Source: Macrostomum lignano (taxonomy: Eukaryota). From it: a stretch of DNA of 64,000 nt. The stretch covers positions 558,001 to 622,000 of the forward strand of contig NIVC01000084.1 in assembly GCA_002269645.1 (NCBI GenBank), read 5' to 3'. A model generated the notes under the pieces. It made no database searches. It was not told where the DNA came from and was given only the letters and a program-made list of their open reading frames with translations. Below, one piece after another: positions 24,141 through 37,304 of the stretch; the stretch's first letter is position 1; every line of letters begins with the position of its first letter. The position numbers and the translations under genes are program-made.

Positions 24141-27100
24141 TCACGAGAATCTCAGGTCAGATGGCAGGTCAGTTGGCACGTAGATATCCCGGCAGCGTTC
24201 GTATAGAAATTTGTAAGTGTTGCGCTGGATTATCTCCTCTTCGTATAGGTCGTTGCGGAGCTGGCGCAGCCTGCAGTGACATATTTTCGTTGGGGAGTGG
24301 GAAACGAGTTTTGGATGGTGACGTGTTGTGGGTGACGGATCTGAGAGGCTGGCCTAGCAACTGAGGATCTGAAAGGCTGGCCCAGCAACTGAGGATCTGG
24401 GAGGCTGGCCCAGCAACTGAGGATCTGGGAGGCTGGCCTAGCAACTGAGGATCTGGGAGGCTGGCCCAGCAACTGAGGATCTGGGAGGTTGGCCCAGCAA
24501 CTGAGGATCTGGGAGGCTGGCCCAGCATTTGAGGATTTGGAAATATGGCCCAGCAACTGAGGATTTGGAAATATGGCCCATCAAATAAGGATCTTGGGAA
24601 TGTAGAAGTTGCCCAGTTACATAAAATTCAGGACTTGCTAGGATTGTGTTCATTACTGAACTTGATAAGCAACAATCCCCTTGATTTAAGCCTGACCTTG
24701 ACTGCGATTTGCCAATAGCGCCAGAGGCAGTCCCAGTCGCAGCACCGCCCTTAGCTCTGTCCTGACCAGCCTCGCCCAGCATAGATCGAACCTCCTGCTC
24801 CGTGAGGCTGATGCACCGTTTAATTGCCATCTCCCGGCTGGAGTGGGCGCACCGCAGCGATTCAAACAGCTCCTGACAGACGCGCCGGGGATCAACTTTG
24901 GAACGAAAATAAGCGGAAGCTGGCAGGCGACTGTTGAGCTCATTTTGAATCCGATCGTCAACCTTCCGAGCAGACTCAAGCTGCTTCTAGGTGAATTTTG
25001 GTTGCGATTAAAAATGCATACCTCACAAAAATATATATAAAAAATAACATATAACTTTGTACTTACAAATTCAATTCTTGTCTATAGATCAGTTTTAATT
25101 TTCAACTATTTTTAAAATAATGAAAAGAATATTTTTTCCCACTTTTTGCCCTGTTAAAACTAAGAATAAAATCTATATTTGTCAGATTTGCTACTACATT
25201 TACCATAGTCTATGTTATTTCATACATGCTAGAATTTTCATGCATATGTCTAAGGAGTGATATATAAGTGTTTTTTAATCATACTGTGTAATAAAAGTAT
25301 TATAGCTATTTGCTTTTCAGTTTTATTACTTAAGTTACAAATCATAGACATTATAAGTTTATTATTAAAGATTTTCAGTGATTTTCTTCCCCTAATTACC
25401 AGTGATTGCCTTCTTATAATTATCTGTGATTTTCTTCCTCAAATTAACTGTGATTTCCCCTAATTACCTGTGAATGCCTTTATGTAGTTATCTATAAGTT
25501 TCTTTCCCTAATAACTTGTGATTCCCCCCCCCTAATTACCTGTGAATGTCTTATCCTAATTACCAGTGATTTTCTTCCTCAAAATTACCTGTGATTTCCC
25601 CTAATTCCCTACATTTATTATTTAGGATTTTCTTCAACAAATGATCTTGATGTTATATCAGTAATGAGCCAACAGTAACAAAAAATAAAAATTAATTTTT
25701 TTTAAATTAAGTGTTTACAAAAGCTATATCTTAGCAAAACAATTGTGTTGACCTACAAATTTATTGCTATTGATTGTTTACTATAAAGGATAAACAGATT
25801 TATTATTTCAATTTGTAAACACAATTGACAATTTCATTAACTCATTATGAAAATGAACATAATAGGTTTATGTTGAAATTGTTTTTGAAAATTAACTTAT
25901 CATTAATATAGGCCTCCTCATAAGTTTCAAAAGGCAAGAAAAAGTTAATTTTGATAGTGACTTTTTTAATTCTAGTCTGTGGATTGTATCTATAATATAT
26001 ATTATTAATTAATATGACAAGGTCTTAAATAGTCATATGCTGTATTTATAACCTAGCATATAGTAGGTAGCTTAGGAAGCCAAGAATTGTTTGTATGCTA
26101 TTATCTAAAATACTATTAATTATACTATGCTATGTTCCTTTTCTACTGCTTAGTGCATTGGGCTTCTATTTGTTTATTGATATATATGATTTGGACATAA
26201 CCCAACTAAACATATAGTATACAAGCTTGGGATTATCTTGTAAAACTATATAACATTGACAATAATGAGTGATATTGAAACACATTTAAAACCACTTTTA
26301 ATAACTTGTATACAAATTAATATAACATAGGGGGGCCTAATCAATATCACTAATAAGCAAAAACAATATAGTCAAATTATATAGTAATGGTATTGCCTTT
26401 TACTATAATTGATATAACTGATCTACACTCATACATGCGCAACCTCCAAAATTCGGTCGGCCATGCGACTTAGTTTTAACAAAAATGTGATGTAGTTTTT
26501 GGCCAAAAATGCGACTTACATATAAAAAAGCCAAATGCAAATTTGGGTAAAGGGCAGAAGTAACTATGACTGTCTTATTTAGTCAAAATGCCTCATCAGC
26601 TACTTAGTACTACGACTTTGGTATTTTTTCAGGTGGGCATTTTTGCGACTTCCTTGGTTGGCCGCCAAATCAGTTGGCTGAATCGGACGACTTGGCCGAC
26701 TGTTGCGCATGTATGTCTACACTTATACTTAAAGCTGTTTACTAAGAGACTGGTATTGCTCTAAAGTATTATACTTTAATTATATTTTATTATTTATTAT
26801 ATTTAAGACTAAATAAAATTTGTTCTTTCTTTAATTAAAATAAATATTAAGAATTAAATATTTGTCTAAATAGGGGGCCTAGTATAATCTTTACTAATTC
26901 ATTTAGGGGCCTAATTTACCATAACTTTAAATGATATCAAACCAAATAGCAATGAAAATAGTTATTTTATCATTTATTAGGCCTATGATAATCTATAATA
27001 ATGATAAAAGACTAAAGAATGATTGACAGCAATATGCCAATAAAAATAGCTAAAATATAAAAAATGGTTAGGATTAGGCCTATATTCATCTTACCCTTAG

Positions 27101-27643
27101 CTCCTATTATCTCAATTACACAATGTACAAACAGTATAATGTATAACATTTTTGTTTTACTCTTTGGCTTAGAGACTTAGGAGCTCTATCATATTAAAAG
27201 TTAAATATTCATTTTGATTTTAGCCTTTTTATCTACTTAATTATACTACTACTAGAGTGCTACTGCTAGGCCTAGGACACAATATAGATATTTCTTTATT
27301 CCTTAAATCCCTAATCTCTAGTATCTAGGACTTAATCATCCCTTGATATTATATTAAAAACTGATAAATATTGGCCCAATTTTAACTTTTGTAGGTCTAC
27401 TTTTATAGCTTTTATAACCTAAGCTAAAAGTAATAATTCTTAAAAATTTAATAACTTTTAGCTACAAATACAGATACTATAGATATAGTCTATATATAGG
27501 CCTAGTTATACAGTATCAATATACTAGATTCTAGAACTAGGCCTATGGCTCAGCCTTAGTCAAGCTCTTACCTTGAATTGAATAATATCATCACATGGCA
27601 GATGAAGAGTGGCAGTAGTAGAATTATTATTGTCTGGGGCCAT
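24141..27643 (-). CDS. MIX23: Mitochondrial matrix import factor MIX23 (CCDC58), 163 aa, 3 exons; not in the ORF track as a whole
   Basis: Exons 27643-27572, 24986-24697, 24270-24141 (phases 0,2). Translation ..PCDDIIQFKKQLESARKVDDRIQNELNSRLP..CQELFESLRCAHSSREMAIKRCI..EEEIIQRNTYKFLYERCR matches the CCDC58/Mix23 motif pattern as recalled. Confidence 0.9.
24338..24600. repeat. 28-bp minisatellite (dispersed family A), MIX23 intron 2
   Basis: Unit ggatctgggaggctggcccagcaactga. Confidence 0.95.
25375..25610. repeat. Degenerate about 24-bp minisatellite, MIX23 intron 1
   Basis: cccctaattacctgtga units shared with 19430-19622. Confidence 0.8.
26430..26715. mobile_element. MITE, hAT-like, 286 bp, in MIX23 intron 1
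   Basis: Perfect 14-bp TIR catacatgcgcaac..gttgcgcatgtatg; 8-bp TSD tctacact at 26422-26429 and 26716-26723. Confidence 0.92.
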
Positions 27644-28691
27644 ATTAAAGGTAATTTAACACTGTCTGCACAACTATGATTTCTAGCCTAATGTGAATTT
27701 TTTAATTAGTTACTTGACAAGCTAAGCATAGGACAGGGGGTTTGAGCTATTAGAAAAAATTAAAATGCTATGTCTAATCTAAAATATATTTGTGAAATTA
27801 CAAGAAATCTTTCATATGTTAATTAATTAAATAAACAATCAAGACATTTGTAGAAAAAAAATAGGTAAGAGCACTAATTAAGAATAATTAAAACTTCTAG
27901 GCCTATCCTTGCTGACTTGACTAGGCCTATATTACTATAAATACTATCTATACACCTGACCTACCTAGCTAGAAAATTCTATTTTCACAAGTCGAAACTA
28001 GCAAAATTCAATGGGCTTTAATTTATATAAATAAATAGCAGAATGCAAAACAAAAGATAATTTTATTTTATATTTCTTATTCCGCTAAACCTACGTTGCG
28101 TACTGTGCAAGCAAGTGCAATGCAATGCACTCAATGTCTGTTTTCTAGAAAAGAACACGATTTTTTCAAAGTTAAATAAGCATTTTTCTGAAATTTAACA
28201 CATTTTATAGTCACGCATAATTTTTTGCGATATTTTTTGTCTTTTAACTATTTCACCGTACCAGTAAACTTTGTTTTTTTACTGACTTAACTTCAGGGCA
28301 TAGTTATAACTGACAGACAGATAGCATTACCAAATTTTCAGTCCAGTAAAATATGCCACATTTTCTCGCAACTTGTACTGTATCATCATTCCCATCTGTA
28401 CTTTACTTTACTCAAAATTGTTAGCTGTATTGAGCTCAAATCGCCTAACTTCAACGATCACTCGTAAATAGTTGTATTTTTGTTTCCTTTTCTGATCGCT
28501 AGGTCAAATCTTATGTCAGTATTTTTGAGGTTTTATATTTTGAGTGTCATACTACCTACTACTAGATAGATTATAGATACCGATAAACCATTTTTAGTAT
28601 ATGGAGGATATCATGCTATTATTATCTGCATTCATTATTCGTATGTAAATGGCAAACACCTAAAACTTACGTTGATAGTGAGGGACTTAAC

Positions 28692-28878
28692 CAGGGGCGT
28701 AGCCAGGAATTTCCTACGGGGGGGGATATACCAAGGTGAATTTCCTTCGGGGGGGGATACACCAAGGTAAAAGTGCTCACATGGTAGCATGTATAGCGAA
28801 AAAGTGCAACAAAAAAGTTTTGGTCAGGCTCTTCGGGGGGGATACATCCCCCCTGATCCCCCCCTCCCTACGCCACTG
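28692..28878. mobile_element. MITE, hAT-like, 187 bp, about 470 bp upstream of the TTLL5 ATG
   Basis: 11-bp TIR caggggcgtag..ctacgccactg (one mismatch); 8-bp TSD gacttaac at 28684-28691 and 28879-28886. Confidence 0.9.
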
Positions 28879-29351
28879 GACTTAACTAACTTAAACAAGC
28901 AACGATAAAAACAAGGAGGATCTTTTTTGTTAAAGAACACACAAAAGCAGACATAAGAAACAAGAAAGCATATATTATATAACATGATATTTCTCAATTT
29001 CTGTTTTGTTTTAGCAATTTTACCAGCTACACTTTATTTGTAAATAAATACTTTTTGATCTTTGAGTTGCATAGTATGCAAAAATATACATAGTCATTCT
29101 AAACTAAAGCATTATTTCTATTTCTAGTCCCAGTGGTAATGTTAAGAAATAACTTTACTATATATATTTTGTTCTTAATAATATTTTTATAGTTTTTTAA
29201 AATATTATAGACAGGTAAATTTGTCACAATAATATGATGTATATGATGTAAATATTTTTTCAATCAATTTGTTTAACAAAATTTCTCTCTTCAGCAAGCT
29301 TTGCTAGTACTTGCTTAGTGTCATCTATAAATCCAGGACCACTTGGCTCGA

Positions 29352-32300
29352 ATGTCTGCAGCTGGTGCTGATGAGTCTTCAGAGGACCTGAGCGAGCTAG
29401 TCCAAGATGACGAAGCCGAGGAAGAGGCGGACGATGCAACAGAGACCACAGAAGAGCCTATAATCGTGAAAGATGCCGACATGCCCTGCATAGTATGGTG
29501 CGGGCCAAACAAAAAGTTCCCAATATTCATATTTTCCCCTCACGCCGTGGAACGCCGAGATCCTCAGTTTCGCAGTGTTGGCGAAAAATATCACATGGCC
29601 TTCAAAATTATCAAGACCGACTGCAAGCTGCTCAAGACAATCTTGGTGTCACATGGCTTCCACGAGACTCACCCAAACAGCTCGGATTTCAACCTGATGT
29701 GGACTGGCAGCCACCTCAAGCCCTACGTTCTGCGCAGTTTGAGCGAATTCCAGAAGGTCAACCATTTCCCCAGGTCCTACGAGCTCACTCGAAAAGATCG
29801 GCTCTACAAAAATGTGCAACGCCTTCAACAACTCAAAGGTGTCAAACATTTCGACTTTGTCCCGCCGACATTCATATTTCCCGCTGAATTTCAAGAATTT
29901 TGCACCTACTATCTGAAAGACAAGGGTCCGTTTATTGTGAAGCCAATTGCTTCTAGTAGAGGCAGGGGCATTTTCATTGCTACTCACCCAGACCAGATCC
30001 CGCTGGACGATCAGCTGGTGGTCTGCAAATACGTTGCCAATCCCCTGGTAGTTGACGGCTTCAAATTTGATCTGCGAATCTACGTAGCCGTGACCTCGTA
30101 TGACCCGCTGGTTATCTACATGTACGAGGAGGGCCTGGCCAGGTTTGCCACCGTGAAATATCAAGCGGCACTGAAGTACAGCCGCAACCAGTGCATGCAC
30201 CTCACCAACTATAGCGTTAATAAGAAGAATCAAGAGTATGTGCAAAACGACGATGCAGATGTTGAAGACTACGGCAACAAGTGGTCGCTAGGAGCGCTGC
30301 TCCGGTGAGCAATTTTGCGTCTAAATTGTCTCATTCAAAATCTGAATTGTAATTTCCTGATCACTTAATGCAAACAGAAATGTAGCTTTCTAATCACCCA
30401 GGGATTCCCCAAATCACTCCAGGATTCCCCTGACATTCCCCACAATCACCATGGGATTCCCCACAATCACCATGGGATTCCCCCCAATCACCATGGGATT
30501 CCCCCAATCACCATGGGATTCCCCCATCACCATGGGATTCCCCCAATCACCATGGGAGTCCCCACAATCACCCAAGATTCCCCCACACCCCGAGATTCCC
30601 CCACACCCCAAGATTCCCCCACACCCCAAGATTCCCCCACACCCAAGATTCCCCCACACCCCAAGATTCCCCCACACCCCAAGATTCCCCCACACCCCAA
30701 GATTCCCTCACACCCCAAGATTCCCCCACACTCCAAGATTCCCCCACACCCCAAGATTCCCCCACACTCCAAGATTCCCCCACACTCCAAGATTCCCCCA
30801 CATCCCAAGATTCCCCCACACTCCAAGATTCCCCCACATCCCAAGATTCCCCCACACTCCAAGATTCCCCCACATCCCAAGATTCCCCCACACTCCAAGA
30901 TTCCTCCACATCCCAAGATTCCCCTAAACCCCGAGATTCCCCCCACACACGCGCACTCAGGTACCTGAAGTCCGAAGGCCACGACACGTCAGCGCTGATG
31001 ATGCGCCTGGAAGACGTGATCGTGAAGGCCATCCTCAGCGTGGAGATGCCCATCGCGTCTGCCTGCAAAATGTTCCAGCCTCACAAAGGCAACTGCTTTG
31101 AACTGTATGGCTTCGACATCATCATAGACGACACGCTTCGGCCCTGGCTACTTGAGGTCAACTTGAGTCCGTCGTTGGCCTGCGATTCTCCATTGGATTT
31201 CAAGATCAAATGTCACATGCTCAGCGATTTGTTGTCTTTAGTTGGGTTTGTCTGCCACGACCCAATGCTGCGGCAGCTGCACACCACTTCTGGCAGATCC
31301 ACCGCGGCGGGGAGCGGCTCCGGCTCCAGGGACAGCCCGGTGTCCGCTGCTAGGTGGGAAACTTCTATGGAAATTTCTACTGATTTGAAACTATGTCGAT
31401 TTTTGGGGGATTTTTTTAACATGCCATCGGTACCGGTACTATGGGATTTGGGATTTATTTAGGATTCAAGCTGTTGGGATTTGAGATTTGGGATTTCACT
31501 AGATAATTCGAGTTTATTGGGATTTGGGATTTCACTAGATAATTCGAGTTTATTGGGATTTGGGCTTTCACTAAAAGATTCGAGTTTTTTGGGATTTGGG
31601 ATTTCGCTAGAAGACTCAAGCTGCTGGGATTTGGGATTTCGCTAGAAGATTCAAGCTGTTGGGATTTGGGATTTCGCTAGAAGATTCAAGCTGTTGGGAT
31701 TTGGGATTTCGCTAGAAGATTCAAGCTGTTGGGATTTGGGATTTCGCTAGAAGATTCAAGCTGTTGGGATTTGGGATTTGGGATGTCACTAGAAGACTCG
31801 AGTCGTTGGGATTTTGGATTTCTTTAGGATTCAAGCTGTTGGGATTTGGGATTTCACTAGATGATTCGAGTTGTTGGGATTTTACTAAGTATTCGAATAC
31901 TCGCCCTTTTCGGATTTCTATAAAATCAACTTGTGCTGTTAGGATCAGTGATTTATTTATCGGGATTCGGGATCTTTTGATTTACAACCTAATTCCAACT
32001 TCTCCCATTCCGTCGCCAGGAGTCGGCAAGCTCAAATGAGTCGCCCTGGCTCTGCCAGCTCCCTGCGGTCCCTGTCAGCCACTCGCCTCGGCGGCTGGCA
32101 CCAGCAGCAGGGCCCGCTGCACCAGCGGCAGCAGTCATCGGGCGCTGCAGCTGCCTCCGCCCCCGGTACCGCCCCGCCGCTCAGCGCCGAGGAGGTCCGA
32201 ATGATTCGCCGGTGTCGGGAAGAATTCCACCGGCGCGGCGGCTGGCTGCGGATTTTCCCCACGCCAGACAGCTGGGAGGCGTACAGCGGCTTCCTGCAGA

Positions 32301-32650
32301 CTCTCAGCCCCAACAACCTGCTGCTGCATCAGCGCCTGTTTCCCAATGTCTGGCGCCAGGCCAAGTCCACTCCGCAGGCTTCAGGCGCCAAGTGCAAGGT
32401 ACTGTCTGTCTGTCTGTCTGTCTGTCTGCCTGTCTGTCTGTCTGCCTGCCTGTCTGCCTGTCTGTCTGTCTGTGTGTCTGTCTGTGTGTCTGTCTGTCTG
32501 TCTGTCTGCCTGTCTGTCTGTCTGCCTGCCTGTCTGCCTGTCTGTCTGTCTGCCTGCCTGTCTGTCTGTCTGTCTGCCTGTCTGTCTGTCTGTCTGTCTG
32601 TCTGTCTGCCTGCCAGTCTGTCTGTCTGTCTGTCTGCTTGTCTGTCTGCC

Positions 32651-32699
<49 letters not shown>

Positions 32700-32942
32700 G
32701 CCTGTCTGTCTGTCTGTCTGCCTGCCTGTCTGTCTGCTTGTCTGTCTGCCTGTCTGTCTGTCTGTCTCTGTCTGTCTGTCTGCCTGCCTGCCTGTCTGTC
32801 TGTCTGCCTGCCTGTCTGTCTGTCTGTCTGTCTGTCTGTGTCTGTCTATCTGTCTGTCTATCTGTGTTTCCGTCTGTCTGTCTGTCTGTCTGTCTATCTG
32901 TCTGCCTGCCTGCCTGTCTGTCTGTCTGTCTGTCTGTCTGCC

Positions 32943-32988
<46 letters not shown>

Positions 32989-33590
32989 CCTGTCTGTCTG
33001 TCTGTCTGTGTCTGTCTGTCTATCAATCAATCAATCAATCTTTTATCTATTTATCTACCCACCCCACCCCAGGTGCCACTGCACAGTCTCTCAAGCGACA
33101 ACCTGTCCATTGTGCTGGACTCCCACTCCGAACACCACCGCAAGGTGCACCGGATGTACCGGTCCGCCTCCCAGCGCACTCTATTCTACGAAAGGAAGCT
33201 GGGCGCCTCATCGTCGTCGCACGGCAGGCAGCGCAGCCGCGGCTCCAGCCAGCTGTCGCGGTCGCAGAGCCTGCCGCCGAAGCGGCCAGCCGTGTTCGGG
33301 CCGCACGCCCAGCCCCGAGGCGAGTTCCGGGGCGGCGAGTTGATCAAACCGGACACGCCCGAACCGGAAGTTGTCGACGCGGCTAATGGGCAGGCGGCGG
33401 TCGATATTGCGGCTGGTACAAAGACTGAGGCTGCTGATAAGCCTCCGCCTGGGCCTGGTAAGCAGCAGCAGCAGGCGGCTCGAAGCGTGAAACCTCCTGC
33501 ATTTGACGCCGAGACCGTGCTCAAACAGGGGGGCAACATGACTAAAGTGCAGGTAAGCATCCAATGCCGAGTAAGTTAGTTAGTTAGTCT

Positions 33591-33622
<32 letters not shown>

Positions 33623-33697
33623 TTCAGTTAGTTGGTTAGTTAATTTGTTAGTTAGTTAGTTAGTTAGTTATTCAGTTAGTTAGTTAGTTAGTTATTC

Positions 33698-33730
<33 letters not shown>

Positions 33731-33782
33731 ATTTGTTAGTTAGTTAGTTTGTTAGTTAGTTAGTTAGTTAGTTAGTTAATTT

Positions 33783-33822
<40 letters not shown>

Positions 33823-33826
33823 ATTT

Positions 33827-33882
<56 letters not shown>

Positions 33883-34073
33883 TTCAGTTAGTTAGTTAGT
33901 TTGTTAGTCAATTAGTTAGGTAATTTGTTAGTTAGTGAGTTAGTTAGTTAGTTAATTAGTTAGTCAGTTTGTTAGTTAATTTGTTAGTTAGTTAGTTAGT
34001 TAGTTAGTTAATTAGTTCGTCAGTTTGTTAGTTAGTTAGTTATTCAGTTAGTTAGTTAGTTAGTTAGTTATTC

Positions 34074-34110
<37 letters not shown>

Positions 34111-34118
34111 ATTTGTTT

Positions 34119-34162
<44 letters not shown>

Positions 34163-34166
34163 ATTT

Positions 34167-34254
<88 letters not shown>

Positions 34255-34298
34255 TTCAGTTAGTTAGTTAGTTTTTTAGTCAATTAGTTAGGTAATTT

Positions 34299-34334
<36 letters not shown>

Positions 34335-34523
34335 ATTAGTTAGTCAGTTTGTTAGTTAATTTGTTAGTTAGTTAGTTAGTTAGTTAGTTAATTAGTTAGT
34401 CAGTTTGTTAGTTAATTTGTTAGTTAGTTAGTTAGTTAGTTAATTAGTTCGTCAGTTTGTTAGTTAGTTAGTTATTCAGTTAGTTAGTTAGTTAGTTATT
34501 CAGTTAGTCAATTAGTTAGGTAA

Positions 34524-34558
<35 letters not shown>

Positions 34559-34559
34559 A

Positions 34560-34618
<59 letters not shown>

Positions 34619-34627
34619 ATTAGTTAA

Positions 34628-34660
<33 letters not shown>

Positions 34661-34661
34661 C

Positions 34662-34692
<31 letters not shown>

Positions 34693-36846
34693 CAGTTAGT
34701 CAGTCAGTCAGTCAGTTAGTTAGTCAGTGAGTTATATTAAATATTCAAATCCGCCTACTGCCAGTAGCACAGTCAGCATATCTCTATAAAGATGATTGAC
34801 AACCCAAAAACACGCAGGCTCGCCAAGCGTTCGCAGCCTACCTGACCCGAGTGCAGCGCAGGCTGCTAGCCGATCATCAGCTGCCGCCATCGACTGGCGA
34901 CGAGGCCGATCGTCTGGCCAACGAGCAGCTGGATTTGGTGCTGCGCTTTCTGCGCAGGGCTGCTGGAGCGAAAATTGCCGGCCCAAGTCGGAGGCTGGGC
35001 CTGAGGCAGCGGCAGAGGATCTTGGCTAACATGCTGGCTGACTTTGTCAGGTCCTACTCTCGGGACACCGAGGGGATGAGGCCGCAGCAGGAGGGTGAGG
35101 AATCTGGAGTTTTTCTAGCTTTTCTTATTTAGAATGAAATTTAGAGTGAACTGGGTAGTGAGTGAGATTGAGCTGTAGAGTGAATCACAGAGTGATTGAT
35201 ATCGAGAGTGAATCACAGAGTGGACGATATCGAGAGTGAATCACAGAGTGAATGATATCGAGGGTAAATCACAGAGTGGACGATATCGAGAGTGAATCAC
35301 AGAGTGAATGATATCGAGAGTGAATCACAGAGTGAATGAATGATATCGAGAGTGAACCACAGAGTGAGTGATTGTGAACTCACTGACTTTATTGGTTGCT
35401 CAATATTCTAACTACCCTACTTACAGTAGCAAAAAGCTAAGCGAATATTTTTCTCGCGAATTCAAACGCAGACGGTGCCCCAGCCGGAGTGCCCGAGCCG
35501 CAGTTCACCAGCTTTCTCCGCTTAGCGGAAGAATCCCAGCTGGAGTCGCTGCTCACCAGCTACACTCTGGTTAACAAGGCTGCCGGGGTGTTTATTGCTT
35601 CGCCAGCGGCAACCGCGGCAGCTACAGCCGCTGCATCGGCAACCGCATCAGCGTCAACGTCAGCGTCCACTTCCGGTAATCCGGCTTCCGGTTCCGCTTC
35701 CATTGTGGGTTCCTCATCCGTGTCGAGTTATCGACGGGAGAGACGAGACAGCGGCGGCGGCGGTGGCAGCGGCACATTCGGTCCATCTGGGGCGGAGCTG
35801 TTCGGCAGCTCGTATCGAACTGCGGTGCAAGTTTATTCACAATCGCCCGGATTGAAACGGCCGTCTAGCGCTTCCGGTGAGCCGGGATTATCAGTTTAAT
35901 TTATGGTGTCACTTCCGGTCACTCTCTCTCTGTTTCACTCTCTATGATTCACTCTTTATGATTCACTCTTTATGATTCACTCTCTGGGATTAACTCTCTC
36001 TGATTCACTCTCTCTGATTCACTCTCTATGATTCACTCTATGATTCACTCTCTCTGGTTCACTCTCTCTAATTAATTCTCTATGACTCACTCACGTGATT
36101 CACTCCATGACTCACTCTCTCTGATTCACTCTCTCTGATTCACTCTCTATGATTCACTCTCTAGGATTCACGCTCTTTGATTCACACTTTCTATGATTCA
36201 CTCTCTAGGATTCACGCTCTTTGATTCACTCTCTCCATGATTCACTCTCTTCATGATTCACTCTCTCCTTGATTCACTCTCTCCATGATTCTCTCTCTCC
36301 ATGATTCACTCTCTCCATGATTCACTCTCTCCATGATTCACTCTCTATGTTTCAATCTCTGTGATACACTCTCCTTTGTTTACTCACTCTATGCCTCACT
36401 TCCTATGATTCACTCTTTCTGATTCACTCTAAATGACTCATTCCCTATGACTCACTCTGTCACTCTCAGGTCACCTCAGCCGGCCATCAGCCAGTCGTGT
36501 TGGCGTGGGCCTCAGCGGCGGCAGTGGCGGCAGCGGCGCAGCCGGCGGCGCCGGTAACTCCTCGTCCTCCTTTGCCGCCGTGAATTCCAGCGGCAATCTT
36601 CGCTCGTTGACAGCCTACGACGAAGCGGCGCTGAATGAAGCTCTGCAGAGATTGGCCCAGAAGCAGCAGAGCAGGCAGTTTGCCGCTTATAGAGTCAGCT
36701 CCGCCCTTGCTGGGTCTGCCGGCGGCGGCGTCGGAGGTCGACCAGGCAGCGCTGACAGCGGCGGCGGTCAGCGCTCGAACGGTCGTCGTCGACTAATCAG
36801 CAGCAGCGGCGAAGAACCTCCGCCGAGTTTGAAGCCGCCGCGTTGA
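29352..36846 (+). CDS. TTLL5: Tubulin polyglutamylase TTLL5, 1087 aa, 7 exons
   Basis: Exons 29352-30304, 30961-31353, 32020-32398, 33073-33552, 34818-35094, 35472-35876, 36470-36846, phases consistent. TTL motifs [55 protein letters not shown], plus the C-terminal [26 protein letters not shown] block seen in TTLL5. Confidence 0.95.
30400..30945. repeat. 18-21-bp C-rich minisatellite, TTLL5 intron 1
   Basis: Units accatgggattcccccaatc, then ccccaagattcccccaca. Confidence 0.95.
31445..31880. repeat. 35-bp minisatellite, TTLL5 intron 2
   Basis: Unit gggatttgggatttcgctagaagattcaagctgtt. Confidence 0.92.
32402..33025. repeat. (CTGT)n microsatellite, TTLL5 intron 3
   Basis: Starts immediately after the donor at 32399. 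Confidence 0.96.
33575..34730. repeat. (TTAG)n microsatellite, about 1.15 kb, TTLL5 intron 4
   Basis: Tetranucleotide run with recurrent variant blocks. Confidence 0.97.
35165..35370. repeat. 28-bp minisatellite, TTLL5 intron 5
   Basis: Unit gagagtgaatcacagagtgaatgatatc. Confidence 0.9.
35925..36460. repeat. Degenerate 14-16-bp minisatellite, TTLL5 intron 6
   Basis: tgattcactctct units. Confidence 0.9.
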
Positions 36847-37304
36847 GCTTCTTTTATAATTTACTTTTCATTTGTTGCTGCTTTTACGATATTTTAAATT
36901 TTCTGTAAGACTCTATTGGAGCCTTTATGCCACTAGCTTTCCTTGCTAATCAGCTGGCGAGGCTTTCAGACTTGTAAACAAACGGATAGTTACTCCTGTT
37001 GTTTACTTTTACTTGACTAATAAGATAACGAGGTGTAAAGGCATAGTTACTGACGCCGTTTACCTAAAAATTTTGACTTTGGCTCCAAGAGACATGCGGT
37101 ACGCGAAAACTGTAATCTTTGAGATAAAGTAAGTGAGCGTGACATTTTTTATTTCACCAGTCAAGTAGACTCTTAAACAAAAATATTTTTAGTTCAGCTG
37201 ACCGCTCTGTAGTATAGAAGACACCCCACTCTTAATGCACTGTTGGATTTTCAGTTTTTTTATAGCTCGTATATGACAGCATTTCCATCAGAGTTTTTGC
37301 TTGA

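Noticed and set aside
32346-33386. Long CLSV / QTDR ORFs (also 18608-19160, 55131-55650)
   Set aside because: Translations of (CTGT)n microsatellites inside introns with clear GT-AG boundaries.
33575-34730. Interstitial telomere repeat
   Set aside because: The unit is TTAG, not TTAGG or TTAGGG, so it is an ordinary intronic microsatellite.
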